Virus record (IMG/VR): IMGVR_UViG_3300038492_000107
Location: 1-49,496 of that record
Reading direction: 5' to 3' (one strand)
Length of the DNA: 49,496 bases
Source of the DNA: a virus
Taxonomy: Duplodnaviria > Caudoviricetes
Position 1 is the stretch's first letter. Each line of letters begins with the position of its first letter. Made by a program: the position numbers and the translations under genes. Shown in pieces: positions 36,245 to 45,398 of the stretch. The notes under the pieces were generated by a model, which made no database searches, had not been told where the DNA came from, and worked only from the letters and a program-made list of their open reading frames with translations.

Positions 36245-37540
36245 CTATTCCTTATCTCTGTCCATAAGAGCTCTAGCCTCTGCTGCACTTGCTTCCAAGC
36301 TAGCATCTTCTAGCGCCATCTTATTAGAGTCTATGTATAAAGTGTCTCCTCCAGGTAATGGATCGTAGCCCATAAGTTTACGCACCTCGTTAGTGGTCAA
36401 CACATTACTTTCTTGTAAGAACTTTATCTGCTGAGTCCTACGAGGCTCTAAGGCCAGGATCTCTTCTCTGTCATAGCGTAAGATGATCTCTCGCTTCTTT
36501 CCGTACCTATGCATTAGAAATGCAGTTAACTCTAACAGAAGTCTTTCTGAGAGAGGTAGTACTGTGTTGTCATAAAAACTTAACTGCGCTAGAGATAGGT
36601 TGTTATAAGTAGCAGCATCAGTGGAAACAAGCACTAAAGGAATGTTCAAAGCACTGTATATTGTCTCTGTTATAGTCTTCTTTAGAGTCGCAAAGTCCAT
36701 GTCTTTGTTGGTCTGTGACATCTGAATAAAGTCACCACCTTCTAAGATCATCGACCTACCTGCGTTATGTGATCCGCTATAGAAGCGTTCCAGCTGGTGT
36801 TGCAGGCGTTGATACTGATCGTCCGTAAGCATCTCACCTACTTTGACCGCACCTGAAGGCCTGGCTCCTCGCTTGAGTAAAGAAAGGTTATGCACAGAAG
36901 CTTCAATGTACTGCTCAATCTCTAATGAAATAGAGGACAGTTGAGGTAGTCCCCAAAGCTGCCCTGCTCCGTATCGGGGGTGGAAAGACTTAATGTGCCA
37001 TAGCTCTGCTTCGCCACCATTGAAATATCTAAATCTACCGTCTACTTCTTGTCGTGAATAGGTAGTAGTTTCTCCTTGAGTACCGTGTACTTTAATCTTT
37101 TCTAAGAAGCCGTCGTCTCCTTCAACCAACTCTACTGTGGAGGGATTTATCACAAACAACTCTGCTGGAGGCCTGTTGACGGGTCCTGTCGCTAACAAGA
37201 AACAATTACCTGTAGCAGCGTAGAACACACTCAATTGTTTAATGAACTCTCCTTGAGTTAAGTCTGCGTTAGGAGCTTTAAGTAAGCTTAAGAGAGGGTG
37301 ATCATAGATCAACTCCTCTGTCTTTACGTCTTCTGCGATTATATCTAAAGAACTCACTTCATCACAGATCATGTCTATAGCTGTGTTGATAGGAGCGACT
37401 GTTTCGTAATAGTATAAGGCCCTTTTAGGCTCTACTGACAAGGTAGAAGAGCTACCTCCATACACCTGAGAGGGAAAGGAGGTAAACTTCTGCTGCGCTT
37501 TACTGTAGCGTCCTAACAAGCGATTAATTACTTTTTTCAT
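36245..37540 (-). CDS. Portal protein, HK97 family
   Basis: HPLLSLLKAPN, GARPSG, NAGRSMILEGG, DMDF, LTTNEVRKLMGYDPLPGGD. Confidence 0.95.
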   Translation of the reverse strand: MKKVINRLLGRYSKAQQKFTSFPSQVYGGSSSTLSVEPKRALYYYETVAPINTAIDMICDEVSSLDIIAEDVKTEELIYDHPLLSLLKAPNADLTQGEFIKQLSVFYAATGNCFLLATGPVNRPPAELFVINPSTVELVEGDDGFLEKIKVHGTQGETTTYSRQEVDGRFRYFNGGEAELWHIKSFHPRYGAGQLWGLPQLSSISLEIEQYIEASVHNLSLLKRGARPSGAVKVGEMLTDDQYQRLQHQLERFYSGSHNAGRSMILEGGDFIQMSQTNKDMDFATLKKTITETIYSALNIPLVLVSTDAATYNNLSLAQLSFYDNTVLPLSERLLLELTAFLMHRYGKKREIILRYDREEILALEPRRTQQIKFLQESNVLTTNEVRKLMGYDPLPGGDTLYIDSNKMALEDASLEASAAEARALMDRDKE

Positions 37541-37561
37541 ATCTTTGTTTACCTTCTCTGT

Positions 37562-38989
37562 TTAGACTACTGTGAACCTCACTTTGCGTTTCTGAGATAA
37601 TGCTCTATGCAGGTACTGAGTAACACTGTCAACGATATCATCATGAGGTTGATAACCAAACTCTGTGATCTCTTGAATGAAACTCAACTTCCAACTAGCC
37701 TTCTCTGGAATAAGTACCTTGCCTGCTTCAAACAAGCCCGCAACAATCTCTAACCGTTCTTCTTTAGACCCTGGCATGTCTCTACCGGGTATCACTGGAA
37801 TGACGGGTAGTTGTGTGAATCTCTTCAGATCCTGCACCAATGACTGTCCAGTAGCTTTGTCTTCCACAACAACTTCACTAGCAGGCTTCTCTTGATAAGC
37901 ACTGGAGATTAATTGTTTCAAGGCTGTGTACTCTAGCTTCTTTCTGATCATATCTACTAGATAGTAACCGTCTTCGCATTCAGCCCACAAAGTACCAACG
38001 GAGTAGTCATTCTTCTGACCTGTCTTGAAGGCTGTGTCCCATGACCAGGAGTACTTCTTTACGGCAGGCAGCTCTTTATACTCTCTTATCCACTCATTCT
38101 TGATGATAGATCCTTCAGCTGCTACAGGATGTTGTTGTAACTGCGAGGCTATGAACTGTGAACCGTTTGTCTTATAGCCTTCTATGGCTTCTGGGGTAAA
38201 GTACTGAGGGAACATAAGTTCTCCCTCTTCTGTTCGAGGATCTTTCCAGTCTAGTTTTGTTTTGCTTCTTTGGTTACCGTCCCATGTCATAGGAATGATT
38301 AACTTATCCCAAGTGTCGTCTTCTAGGTAAATACCGCTTAGATCTTGGTGATGTAGTCTCTGCATAACAATAACAACTCCGCCTTGTCCTGGAGGACTTA
38401 AGCGGGTCATGAACTGGTTTTGAAATGAATCTATCACAGTGTTGCGTTCTATTTCGCTGGTGGCCTTCTTAGCATTCATAGGGTCATCAGCTATTAGAAG
38501 CTCTGCTGTGTGTCCGGTGGCACCTGAGGTGATACCACGTGCTAATCGATGGCCTCCTTGCGTATTAGCAAAGTAACGCTTCTGGGCCTGATCGTCAGCT
38601 AACTGGAACTTGTTATCTTTGAATAATGATTTATACCAATCTGTGTTTACCAATGCTCTCATTGACCAAGCGTCTCTTAGGGCTAAGGCCTCGTCATAAG
38701 AGGTAGTGATAATCTTCTTAGAGGGAGTGTTCAACCAACACCATGCAGGGAACAAGGTGGAACATAGTGTAGACTTAGAACAACGGAAAGGTATGTTAAT
38801 GATTAACCTCTTAATCTTACCTTCTGCTACTGCTTGTAAGTGGTCTGCTATAGCATCTATGTGCCAGTTCCATAACAAGTCTACTGAAGGTTCTACGTGA
38901 ACCCAGGCTTGTTTAATGAACTCTGCGAAGGAGCGTCTGGCTAGTTCTTTATCTATTTGCTCAATTGAAGGAAGAGCATCTGAATGCAT
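37562..38989 (-). CDS. terL: Terminase large subunit
   Basis: LIINIPFRCSKS, LIADDP, IVMQRLH..DLSG, SWDTAFK..NDYS, VEDKATG, HDDIVDS. Confidence 0.95.
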   Translation of the reverse strand: MHSDALPSIEQIDKELARRSFAEFIKQAWVHVEPSVDLLWNWHIDAIADHLQAVAEGKIKRLIINIPFRCSKSTLCSTLFPAWCWLNTPSKKIITTSYDEALALRDAWSMRALVNTDWYKSLFKDNKFQLADDQAQKRYFANTQGGHRLARGITSGATGHTAELLIADDPMNAKKATSEIERNTVIDSFQNQFMTRLSPPGQGGVVIVMQRLHHQDLSGIYLEDDTWDKLIIPMTWDGNQRSKTKLDWKDPRTEEGELMFPQYFTPEAIEGYKTNGSQFIASQLQQHPVAAEGSIIKNEWIREYKELPAVKKYSWSWDTAFKTGQKNDYSVGTLWAECEDGYYLVDMIRKKLEYTALKQLISSAYQEKPASEVVVEDKATGQSLVQDLKRFTQLPVIPVIPGRDMPGSKEERLEIVAGLFEAGKVLIPEKASWKLSFIQEITEFGYQPHDDIVDSVTQYLHRALSQKRKVRFTVV

Positions 38990-39014
38990 GTATGCCTCCT
39001 TGTTAAAATGTGCT

Positions 39015-39476
39015 TTATTTCCAATGATTGAGTTTAGCTTCTTTTGCTAAGGCGTCTACCGCATCATTGTAATGGTTGTTGCTGTGACCTTTAATCCATT
39101 GAAGAACTATCCTGTCAGCAAGGGTAGCTTTAAGTTCTTGAAGCTGTATCCATAAGTCTTTGTTTTTAACATATGAAGGCCTGCCTTTATCTAGTCTCCA
39201 CCCGTCCATCCATGAATTATAGCCGTCTACAACGTACTTACTGTCACAGTGTATGGTTGCCTTGGTGTCGTCATCTAGGCTCTTCAGGGCTGCTATAAGG
39301 GCCGTGAGCTCCATTCTATTGCAGGTAGTGTCGTCCTCTGATCCAGTGATTGTTGTAGTGTCAGGAGTGCAGACGTAGTTTAATCCTTCACCTGACTGTA
39401 GAATAAGCACTGCCCAGCCTCCTCTGCCTACACCTGAAGTGCAGGAACCGTCCGTATAGATAGTTACTTCTCTCAT
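39015..39476 (-). CDS. rnhA: Ribonuclease HI
   Basis: IYTDGSC, TCNRMEL, CDSKYV, VKNKDLW, WIKGHS, NDAVDALA: all acidic catalytic positions present. Confidence 0.95.
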   Translation of the reverse strand: MREVTIYTDGSCTSGVGRGGWAVLILQSGEGLNYVCTPDTTTITGSEDDTTCNRMELTALIAALKSLDDDTKATIHCDSKYVVDGYNSWMDGWRLDKGRPSYVKNKDLWIQLQELKATLADRIVLQWIKGHSNNHYNDAVDALAKEAKLNHWK

Positions 39477-39505
39477 AGGACTGTCCTCTCTCTCTCTCTC
39501 TTATC

Positions 39506-40045
39506 TCATTGATCGTCTTCTGCTTCTATGACCATAGCTTCTGTTGCTGTTTTCTTTAAGATATCTTTAACAGTTACTAACTCGTCTATACTTAATGAAG
39601 ATAGATCATGGTTAATGGTGTTAGTGGTCTTTGATTCCATATTAACATCTGCGTTAATGTCTAATGCTGATTTAGCTTTACCTTCTAGTCTGTCGAATAT
39701 AAGCTCTATTGCTTTTAAGTTACCGTCCAGTCCTCTCTTAACTAATGAAAGCATTAATAACTCACCTGTAGAACAATACTCTAGCTCACCGGTTAAGGGG
39801 TTCTTCCTGTCTAACTTATAATCTAACATCTTGAGTAAGATATTCTTTAGTCTAGGTCTACGCTTCCTGTTATGTGAATCAAGTTGAGGATACTGTTTTT
39901 GTGAAGATAATGAATTAAGTTCTTCTGTTTCTATAGTTTCTTCAAGTTTCTCTTTGTCTGCTCTATTAAGCTTTCGCTGAACTTTACCATTAGTAACATG
40001 CTCTAAAGTATCCCAAGTTACTGTTTCTTCCTTTTCTTTAGTCAT
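39506..40045 (-). CDS. Probable terminase small subunit
   Basis: First gene of the packaging operon; GNLKAIELIFDRLEGK and DLSSLSIDEL segments. Confidence 0.65.
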   Translation of the reverse strand: MTKEKEETVTWDTLEHVTNGKVQRKLNRADKEKLEETIETEELNSLSSQKQYPQLDSHNRKRRPRLKNILLKMLDYKLDRKNPLTGELEYCSTGELLMLSLVKRGLDGNLKAIELIFDRLEGKAKSALDINADVNMESKTTNTINHDLSSLSIDELVTVKDILKKTATEAMVIEAEDDQ

Positions 40046-40376
40046 AACTTGAATTCCTTTTCTTATTATTTACTTATTGGTAATGTTACCAGGCTTTTTA
40101 TTTACAAAGAGTTAACTCTAAGTTACTTTATAGTAACAGGAACTAACTGTTGAGCAAGTAACATTTGGTTAATGTATTTTTAATCGTGTTGTGTATGTGC
40201 TTTCTTTGTTACTGACTAAGTAATTGATTTTATTTAATAATTTATTTGAGCAGGTACTGGTTACGGTGAATTAACTACAACCAGCAAAAGATACTATATG
40301 ATATATATAAGTCAATTTTCACACTTTTGTCCCCACCGCATATACCATAAATTGCATAATAGGTAATTTAAGATAC

Positions 40377-40410
40377 AAAAAAACCCTGAAGGAACAGTGT
40401 CCAACAGGGT
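40377..40410 (-). terminator. Intrinsic terminator separating the metabolic block from the packaging genes
   Basis: Minus strand ACCCTG...CAGGGT followed by a T-run. Confidence 0.7.
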
Positions 40411-40641
40411 GGTTAGATGAAAAAGACAGTATTCTCTTTCTAATATTTCCTTTTCTGTACTATAGAGTTTCTGCATCGGTTACTGAACGCTTCTCCAATG
40501 TACTTGAAGAACGAGGAAGGAAGAGTATCAGTAGCCTTATAATAACAAGCCCAGTACTTATTTTCGATTATGAAAGCACTTTTAGCTTCTTTGTGTTTCC
40601 TGCTCCTGCTTAGTTCCATAAGCTCTTGCCTCCCTCCTTTG

Positions 40642-41004
40642 TTATTTTTTGACTAGCTTCATTGTGGTTTCGATGGTCATGTCTTCTGGAATAGTCTGCT
40701 CAATCAATTTGATGGCCTCGTCTCGTGTGACCCTTCCTTCAGACATAAGCAGATCAGCTTCTTGTACCATACCAAGTTTATTTTGGGCTTCTTTGTCTGT
40801 GTGGTCTTTCTTGACTCGTTCTTCGAAGTATTCTACTGCCGCAGCAGTCAAGCGAGAAAGATAAGCCAGTTTAGTAATCATATTGGTTTGATAATCTGTT
40901 AAGTATTCACCGCTTAACCAAGTTCTGCCTCCAGGTTCTTTTGTATGTTGTGTGGCTTCTTTACGTTGATCCGCTGTCATGTTCAGGTTTGTACTAGTAC
41001 TCAT
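40642..41004 (-). CDS. Hypothetical protein
   Basis: Likely start MSTSTNLN after AAGGAG RBS. Confidence 0.65.
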   Translation of the reverse strand: MSTSTNLNMTADQRKEATQHTKEPGGRTWLSGEYLTDYQTNMITKLAYLSRLTAAAVEYFEERVKKDHTDKEAQNKLGMVQEADLLMSEGRVTRDEAIKLIEQTIPEDMTIETTMKLVKK

Positions 41005-41088
41005 ATATATATATTCTCCTTTTATGGTTACTACAATAAATCGTATAACATTCTTATTACTGTTTGTCAATAGTTAAGTATAAGGTAA

Positions 41089-41748
41089 TTAGAATTGCCC
41101 TATATATAAAACTTTACCTCCTTCTGGAGTCACTTCAATAGTGGCCTCCACGTGAGAGGATAAGCCCCCTTTGGTTGTACGCCACGTATCCTTGTTGAAT
41201 GAGTCCCCTGCTTCCGTTAGAAGAGGCTCAAGCGCCATACGCATACCTGTTTCAAGAGTGACGTCAGCGTAAGAAGGTTGTGGATCGTGGAAGTTACGTA
41301 TAGAAGGTTTCATATGAATCTCTGAGCCTATGAAGTGTCCACCCAACTCTCTAATCACTTGTACTGTGTCGTCCTTCTTTATCTGGGCGTGAATGGCCTT
41401 GGAGATGTCTGACAACATGTTACCGGCCTTAGCCGCTTTTATGCCTGCCTTGAGCGCTGCTTCTCCTGTTGCCACTATATTAGGGTTATGTTCCTTTTTA
41501 TACACCTGAGATATAGCGGCATCAAACCACAACCCATCGTACTTAAACCACGAGTCAAATTTAATCAGTTCTCCAGGCTTGAACACTAGGTCGTCTTTAA
41601 GGTGCGCTACACCGTCATCAGACGTCAAAGCCCAATCCCTGTCTTCCATATCCTTTGTGGCTTCTAAGAACGTCTCAGCCACCTCTTGTGTGGTCCTAAG
41701 ACTACCTTCCTTTATGCCTGCTTTAATTCTGTGTAGCACATCAATCAT
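41089..41748 (-). CDS. map: Methionine aminopeptidase-like enzyme (M24A fold)
   Basis: Metal ligands KFD, WFD, GGHFIG, ALEP, SHVE plus VAH and EIHM histidines; likely start MIDVL. Confidence 0.85.
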   Translation of the reverse strand: MIDVLHRIKAGIKEGSLRTTQEVAETFLEATKDMEDRDWALTSDDGVAHLKDDLVFKPGELIKFDSWFKYDGLWFDAAISQVYKKEHNPNIVATGEAALKAGIKAAKAGNMLSDISKAIHAQIKKDDTVQVIRELGGHFIGSEIHMKPSIRNFHDPQPSYADVTLETGMRMALEPLLTEAGDSFNKDTWRTTKGGLSSHVEATIEVTPEGGKVLYIGQF

Positions 41749-41933
41749 ATAATAAACCTTTCCTCTATCTTCCAAAATTTAGTTCGTAATGTGATTAGGC
41801 TGATCTCCGCAACCTCAGGAACAGGGTCGGTATTACCTCGGATGCGGAAATCCGCTGGCACAACCGTGAAGGTTGCTTTATATAGATGCCTACCGTTATC
41901 GTAATAAATATGATAAGCCTTTCTTTTTATCAT
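41745..41933 (-). CDS. Small hypothetical protein (62 aa)
   Basis: ATGA overlaps with both the deaminase and map genes. Confidence 0.6.
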   Translation of the reverse strand: MIKRKAYHIYYDNGRHLYKATFTVVPADFRIRGNTDPVPEVAEISLITLRTKFWKIEERFII

Positions 41934-42283
41934 AAATAAGGTTCTGGTAACCATTCTCGTATGAACCTTCCGCAAAGAAAGGTGCTACCACAAGCAAACT
42001 CTGACACAAGTTGCCTGCATCCTCCACAAGGAATGATGTCAAACTGCTTACCTTGCTTCCTCGCTATTACTTGAAGGCTTCTTATCTTCATTGAAGGGCC
42101 CTCCGCTACTACGGCTGTGAATATAGCCACCCGCTCTGCACATACCGACAGAGTAGGGCAACTAGACTCTACGTTAACTCCGAAGTACTCCCCGCCTCGT
42201 TCTGTTTGAAGGCGAGCAACTACTGCGGTCTTTCTAGCCTTAGCTTTCTCGAAGTAAGGAAGCGCCCAGTCAGTGTCAGACAT
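41930..42283 (-). CDS. cdd: Cytidine deaminase (homotetrameric, three-Cys Zn type)
   Basis: GVNVE, CAERVAI, PCGGCRQLVSEF, WLPEPY. Confidence 0.88.
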   Translation of the reverse strand: MSDTDWALPYFEKAKARKTAVVARLQTERGGEYFGVNVESSCPTLSVCAERVAIFTAVVAEGPSMKIRSLQVIARKQGKQFDIIPCGGCRQLVSEFACGSTFLCGRFIREWLPEPYL

Positions 42284-42377
42284 CTAAGTCGCACCATTCG
42301 CTCAACAAATCAAACACTCCTTCAGACTCTAAAAGACGAAGATACTCCTCATACCCTAAAAAACTCCCTTGCATAGA

Positions 42378-43295
42378 CTACTTCCTTTCTTTAATGATAA
42401 ATTTAAGAACAGTTGCCACTTCTTTAAGGCCTTCCCCGCTAACGTCTCCTTTATCGTCTGTGTCCATCGCAGCAATATCTAAGTGATGTAAGTTGGTCCC
42501 TTCTTCCACAAAGTTCTTTAGGAACGAGTAAGCTTCTTGTGAGCCTCCTTTACGTGCTGCGTTGGTGATATCTGCCACTCGGCGTTCACTTTTAACCCCT
42601 TCATCATATAATGTGTGTGTCGGCATAGGATAAAGCATGGTTCCTTTATAGAACTCGTCCATTACATGATGTTGCAGGGCTCTGTTATGTGTATGCAGAA
42701 GGCCTGCTTTAACAGGGGAGACTACCATGACCGCGTGACCCGTCAATGTGGCCACAGACACCATTTCTGTGCCTTCTCGTGTGGTACTAGCCTCTGCCAG
42801 TATATCAGCCAATCCTAGCCTGCCTTCTGCGTCAGTATGGTCTATCATTACCCTAAGGCCATTCTTACTTGTCAATACTTCACCGTTGACGTAAGATTCT
42901 TCACTGACCATATTATTAATAAGGAATATGATGGTCGGGATCTTATGGTGCTTTGCTAAGACTACTGAGAGCATGGCTCCATATTTGTCGTTAAACATGT
43001 CGCCCATGTGAGGGTAAGGTTTCATATACATCCCTCCCGAGTCATAGACAACGCCTTTACCGACTAAAGTCACCGGCATATCTGAATCATAGTTTAGTTT
43101 TACAACATATCCTCGTTTCTTAGATCCTTTATTTACTTGATAGGCTAAGGGATAATTCTTCTCTGTTATCTCTTCTACGCTATAATCAACCTTACCTAAG
43201 TATTCTTTAATATTGTCTAGATTCTTCCCTGGATCAGTAGACTTAAACTCCACTAATTCCGTAAGTTCCTTTTTCATCTGTTTAGTGATCTTCAT
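42378..43295 (-). CDS. M17 leucyl aminopeptidase, catalytic domain only
   Basis: LVGKGVVYDSGG..MKP, MFNDKYGA, HTDAEGRL.LAD, VATLTG, HLDIA. Confidence 0.9.
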   Translation of the reverse strand: MKITKQMKKELTELVEFKSTDPGKNLDNIKEYLGKVDYSVEEITEKNYPLAYQVNKGSKKRGYVVKLNYDSDMPVTLVGKGVVYDSGGMYMKPYPHMGDMFNDKYGAMLSVVLAKHHKIPTIIFLINNMVSEESYVNGEVLTSKNGLRVMIDHTDAEGRLGLADILAEASTTREGTEMVSVATLTGHAVMVVSPVKAGLLHTHNRALQHHVMDEFYKGTMLYPMPTHTLYDEGVKSERRVADITNAARKGGSQEAYSFLKNFVEEGTNLHHLDIAAMDTDDKGDVSGEGLKEVATVLKFIIKERK

Positions 43296-43435
43296 ACTAT
43301 CAAACCCTCTCTTTATAAGTGATTAGGAAATAAGTACCTGCGACATAGGATCCTGGTAATAATAACTCCATCATACTCATATATACCTTTCTTCTACCGA
43401 AGTGGTTAGTGCGTGTGTTAGGAGAATCTCCCACA

Positions 43436-43470
43436 TCACATAAGATAGTGTTTTAAAATCGTTTGTCAAG
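43436..43470 (-). promoter_or_regulatory. Early-type promoter upstream of the aminopeptidase-deaminase-map operon
   Basis: CTTGAC-N16-CTATCT on the minus strand, same pattern as promoters at 12.66 and 15.41 kb. Confidence 0.7.
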
Positions 43471-43589
43471 GTAGTTTAAGAAACTTCATATAAACACTCA
43501 TACAGAAGCAAGTATCTCCAGGTACTGTAACATACCTAGAAACTACTATTACTTCTGTATGGGCCTGTATGGGCCTTATTTAAGCCATC

Positions 43590-43799
43590 CTAAGCACTAT
43601 AGTGTTTTTTCATTTGATTAATCAATAGATCGTACGATTCTTGGGATATCTCAAGAGTCTCGCCTCCTTTAAGAAGGATGACGTACGAACCTTTTTGTTT
43701 CACTACTAACTGAATCTCGCTCATATTCACAACCCCACTGTCAGTCAAGTAAGCAAATACAACAAGTGAGAGCCCTGTAATAAATTTCCTTAATACCAT
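43590..43799 (-). CDS. Small hypothetical protein
   Basis: 69 aa ORF with AAGGAG RBS and hydrophobic N-terminus. Confidence 0.5.
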   Translation of the reverse strand: MVLRKFITGLSLVVFAYLTDSGVVNMSEIQLVVKQKGSYVILLKGGETLEISQESYDLLINQMKKHYSA

Positions 43800-43910
43800 G
43801 ATACACTCCTTTTAAAATTAACGACCCTTAGATGACACCAAGAAATAAATGGCTATAGAGTATAAAACAATTAAACCAGCTTCAACCATAAGAAACTACC
43901 TCCTGATCTA

Positions 43911-44363
43911 TTATTTACCGGTACTACCGAAGCCACCATGACCTCGTTTAGTTGGCGTATTGGGAACGCTCTCTGAATCGATCTCTCGGACCAACACAGG
44001 CATTGAGCGCAGGGCGCCTAGCACCATCTGAGCGATACGATCGCCTCGTGATATGTGATAGGTCTCATCCCCTAAATTCATTAGAATAACCTTAATCTCC
44101 CCTCGATAGTCTGCATCGATAGTTCCAGGAGAGTTTAACACGAATACTGCATGCTTGGCAGCCATACCTGACCTAGATCTGATTTGAATGTCTACTCCGT
44201 AAGCGTCTTCTACAGACTCTACTGCCAGTCCCGTGCGAACCAAGACGTGGTGACCTGGAGCAATCGCAACATCTTCAATAGCATACAAGTCTTGTCCTGA
44301 AGCCAGTCTAGACCCGACTGAAGGAACTTTAGCTCTCCGATCCACTTTCTTTAATATCAGCAT
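43911..44363 (-). CDS. dut: dUTPase (trimeric)
   Basis: ASGQDL, RSRSGMA, PGTIDADYRGE, GDRIAQ, RGHGGFGSTG; likely start MLILKK. Confidence 0.95.
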   Translation of the reverse strand: MLILKKVDRRAKVPSVGSRLASGQDLYAIEDVAIAPGHHVLVRTGLAVESVEDAYGVDIQIRSRSGMAAKHAVFVLNSPGTIDADYRGEIKVILMNLGDETYHISRGDRIAQMVLGALRSMPVLVREIDSESVPNTPTKRGHGGFGSTGK

Positions 44364-44487
44364 TAGGTGTCTCCTTATATTTAACATCAGCTCCGCATGT
44401 GGTACATTTATCATAATCAAAACATCGACCGCATCCAATACAGAAATGCCCATCCTCATCGAGCTGACATATCCCTATACAATACAT
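44329..44487 (-). CDS. Small Cys-rich protein, DUF1289-like (52 aa)
   Basis: Manual translation MYCIGICQLDEDGHFCIGCGRCFDYDKCTTCG...; AAGGAG RBS. Confidence 0.65.
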   Translation of the reverse strand: MYCIGICQLDEDGHFCIGCGRCFDYDKCTTCGADVKYKETPNADIKESGSES

Positions 44488-44488
44488 T

Positions 44489-44773
44489 CTACATCTCCTT
44501 AACTACTTTGTCAATAGTTTTATTAAGTCCTTTTTCAATTGTTCGTTGGTGTCGCGACCAAATCACTACTCCTACTAAATCAAAGCATAAGTAAGTAAGT
44601 TGAGACAGGTATATCCCTGGCTGACCTGTAACGAAGGCATACACCGACATAGCTGAACAAGCTACTGCGTGTATGATGAGGGAGTGCACCATGTATTTAG
44701 GTAGTAGAGACATAATCCCTACAGAAACCACACCAAGTGCACCCCCAAGATATTGTAGGGCTAATATATCCAT
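44489..44773 (-). CDS. Small polytopic membrane protein
   Basis: Three to four short hydrophobic segments; AAGGAG RBS. Confidence 0.6.
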   Translation of the reverse strand: MDILALQYLGGALGVVSVGIMSLLPKYMVHSLIIHAVACSAMSVYAFVTGQPGIYLSQLTYLCFDLVGVVIWSRHQRTIEKGLNKTIDKVVKEM

Positions 44774-44867
44774 GTCCTCTGTCTCCTTTTATTTACTAGG
44801 TTTGTTTTTCCGTAGGGAGATATCTAGTATTAGATACTTTATAAACTTACTTGTAAAGCTACTCACT

Positions 44868-45398
44868 CTAATCCCCTGAATATAAATTACGGAATACGCG
44901 CAAATACTTCTCTCGACTGGCCATTCCATTATACCCTCCGTTAATGCGACGAGTGACTTGACGAAAATCCCCTTCATCCGCATAATTGTTAAGTTTTCGG
45001 TCTTGCCAGTACACTAGAGAAACTTCCAAGGCTAGCGGCATGCGTTCCACGATAACCGGGTTACTTACTAAGTCCAAACCTAATTTCTCTCCGTACACAG
45101 TATAGTTATGTCGGCCTGTCAACTGTATAAGACCTCGCCCTCTAAATCGCCTACCGTCACCAGGCTCTGTGTTACCTAAATCACTACGACCTTCATAAGC
45201 ACTGCCTGAAGCGTATTCCCGGGTAGTTCGGAAACCGTCAGACTCGTGTGCCAACTGAGCTAATAACATATTACGTCGTTGATTTGTTGTTATCTCGTAC
45301 TTCTCAAATAAATCCTGATGTTTAACTAACCCTGCTAAGATAGAAGGATTAGCATATTTGAAGTGAGGTACTAAGTCGTTATAGTCTAGTTTTTTCAT
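44868..45398 (-). CDS. Glycoside hydrolase family 19 endolysin
   Basis: LAQLAHES, YEGRSDLGN..PGDG.RFRGRGLIQLTGR.NY, TRRINGGYNG; likely start MKKLD. Confidence 0.93.
   Translation of the reverse strand: MKKLDYNDLVPHFKYANPSILAGLVKHQDLFEKYEITTNQRRNMLLAQLAHESDGFRTTREYASGSAYEGRSDLGNTEPGDGRRFRGRGLIQLTGRHNYTVYGEKLGLDLVSNPVIVERMPLALEVSLVYWQDRKLNNYADEGDFRQVTRRINGGYNGMASREKYLRVFRNLYSGD

Noticed and set aside
44485-44515. TTGACA-N17-TAGAAT promoter
   Set aside because: It overlaps the end of a coding region and is equally explained by the AAGGAG RBS, stop codon and ATG of the Cys-rich ORF.
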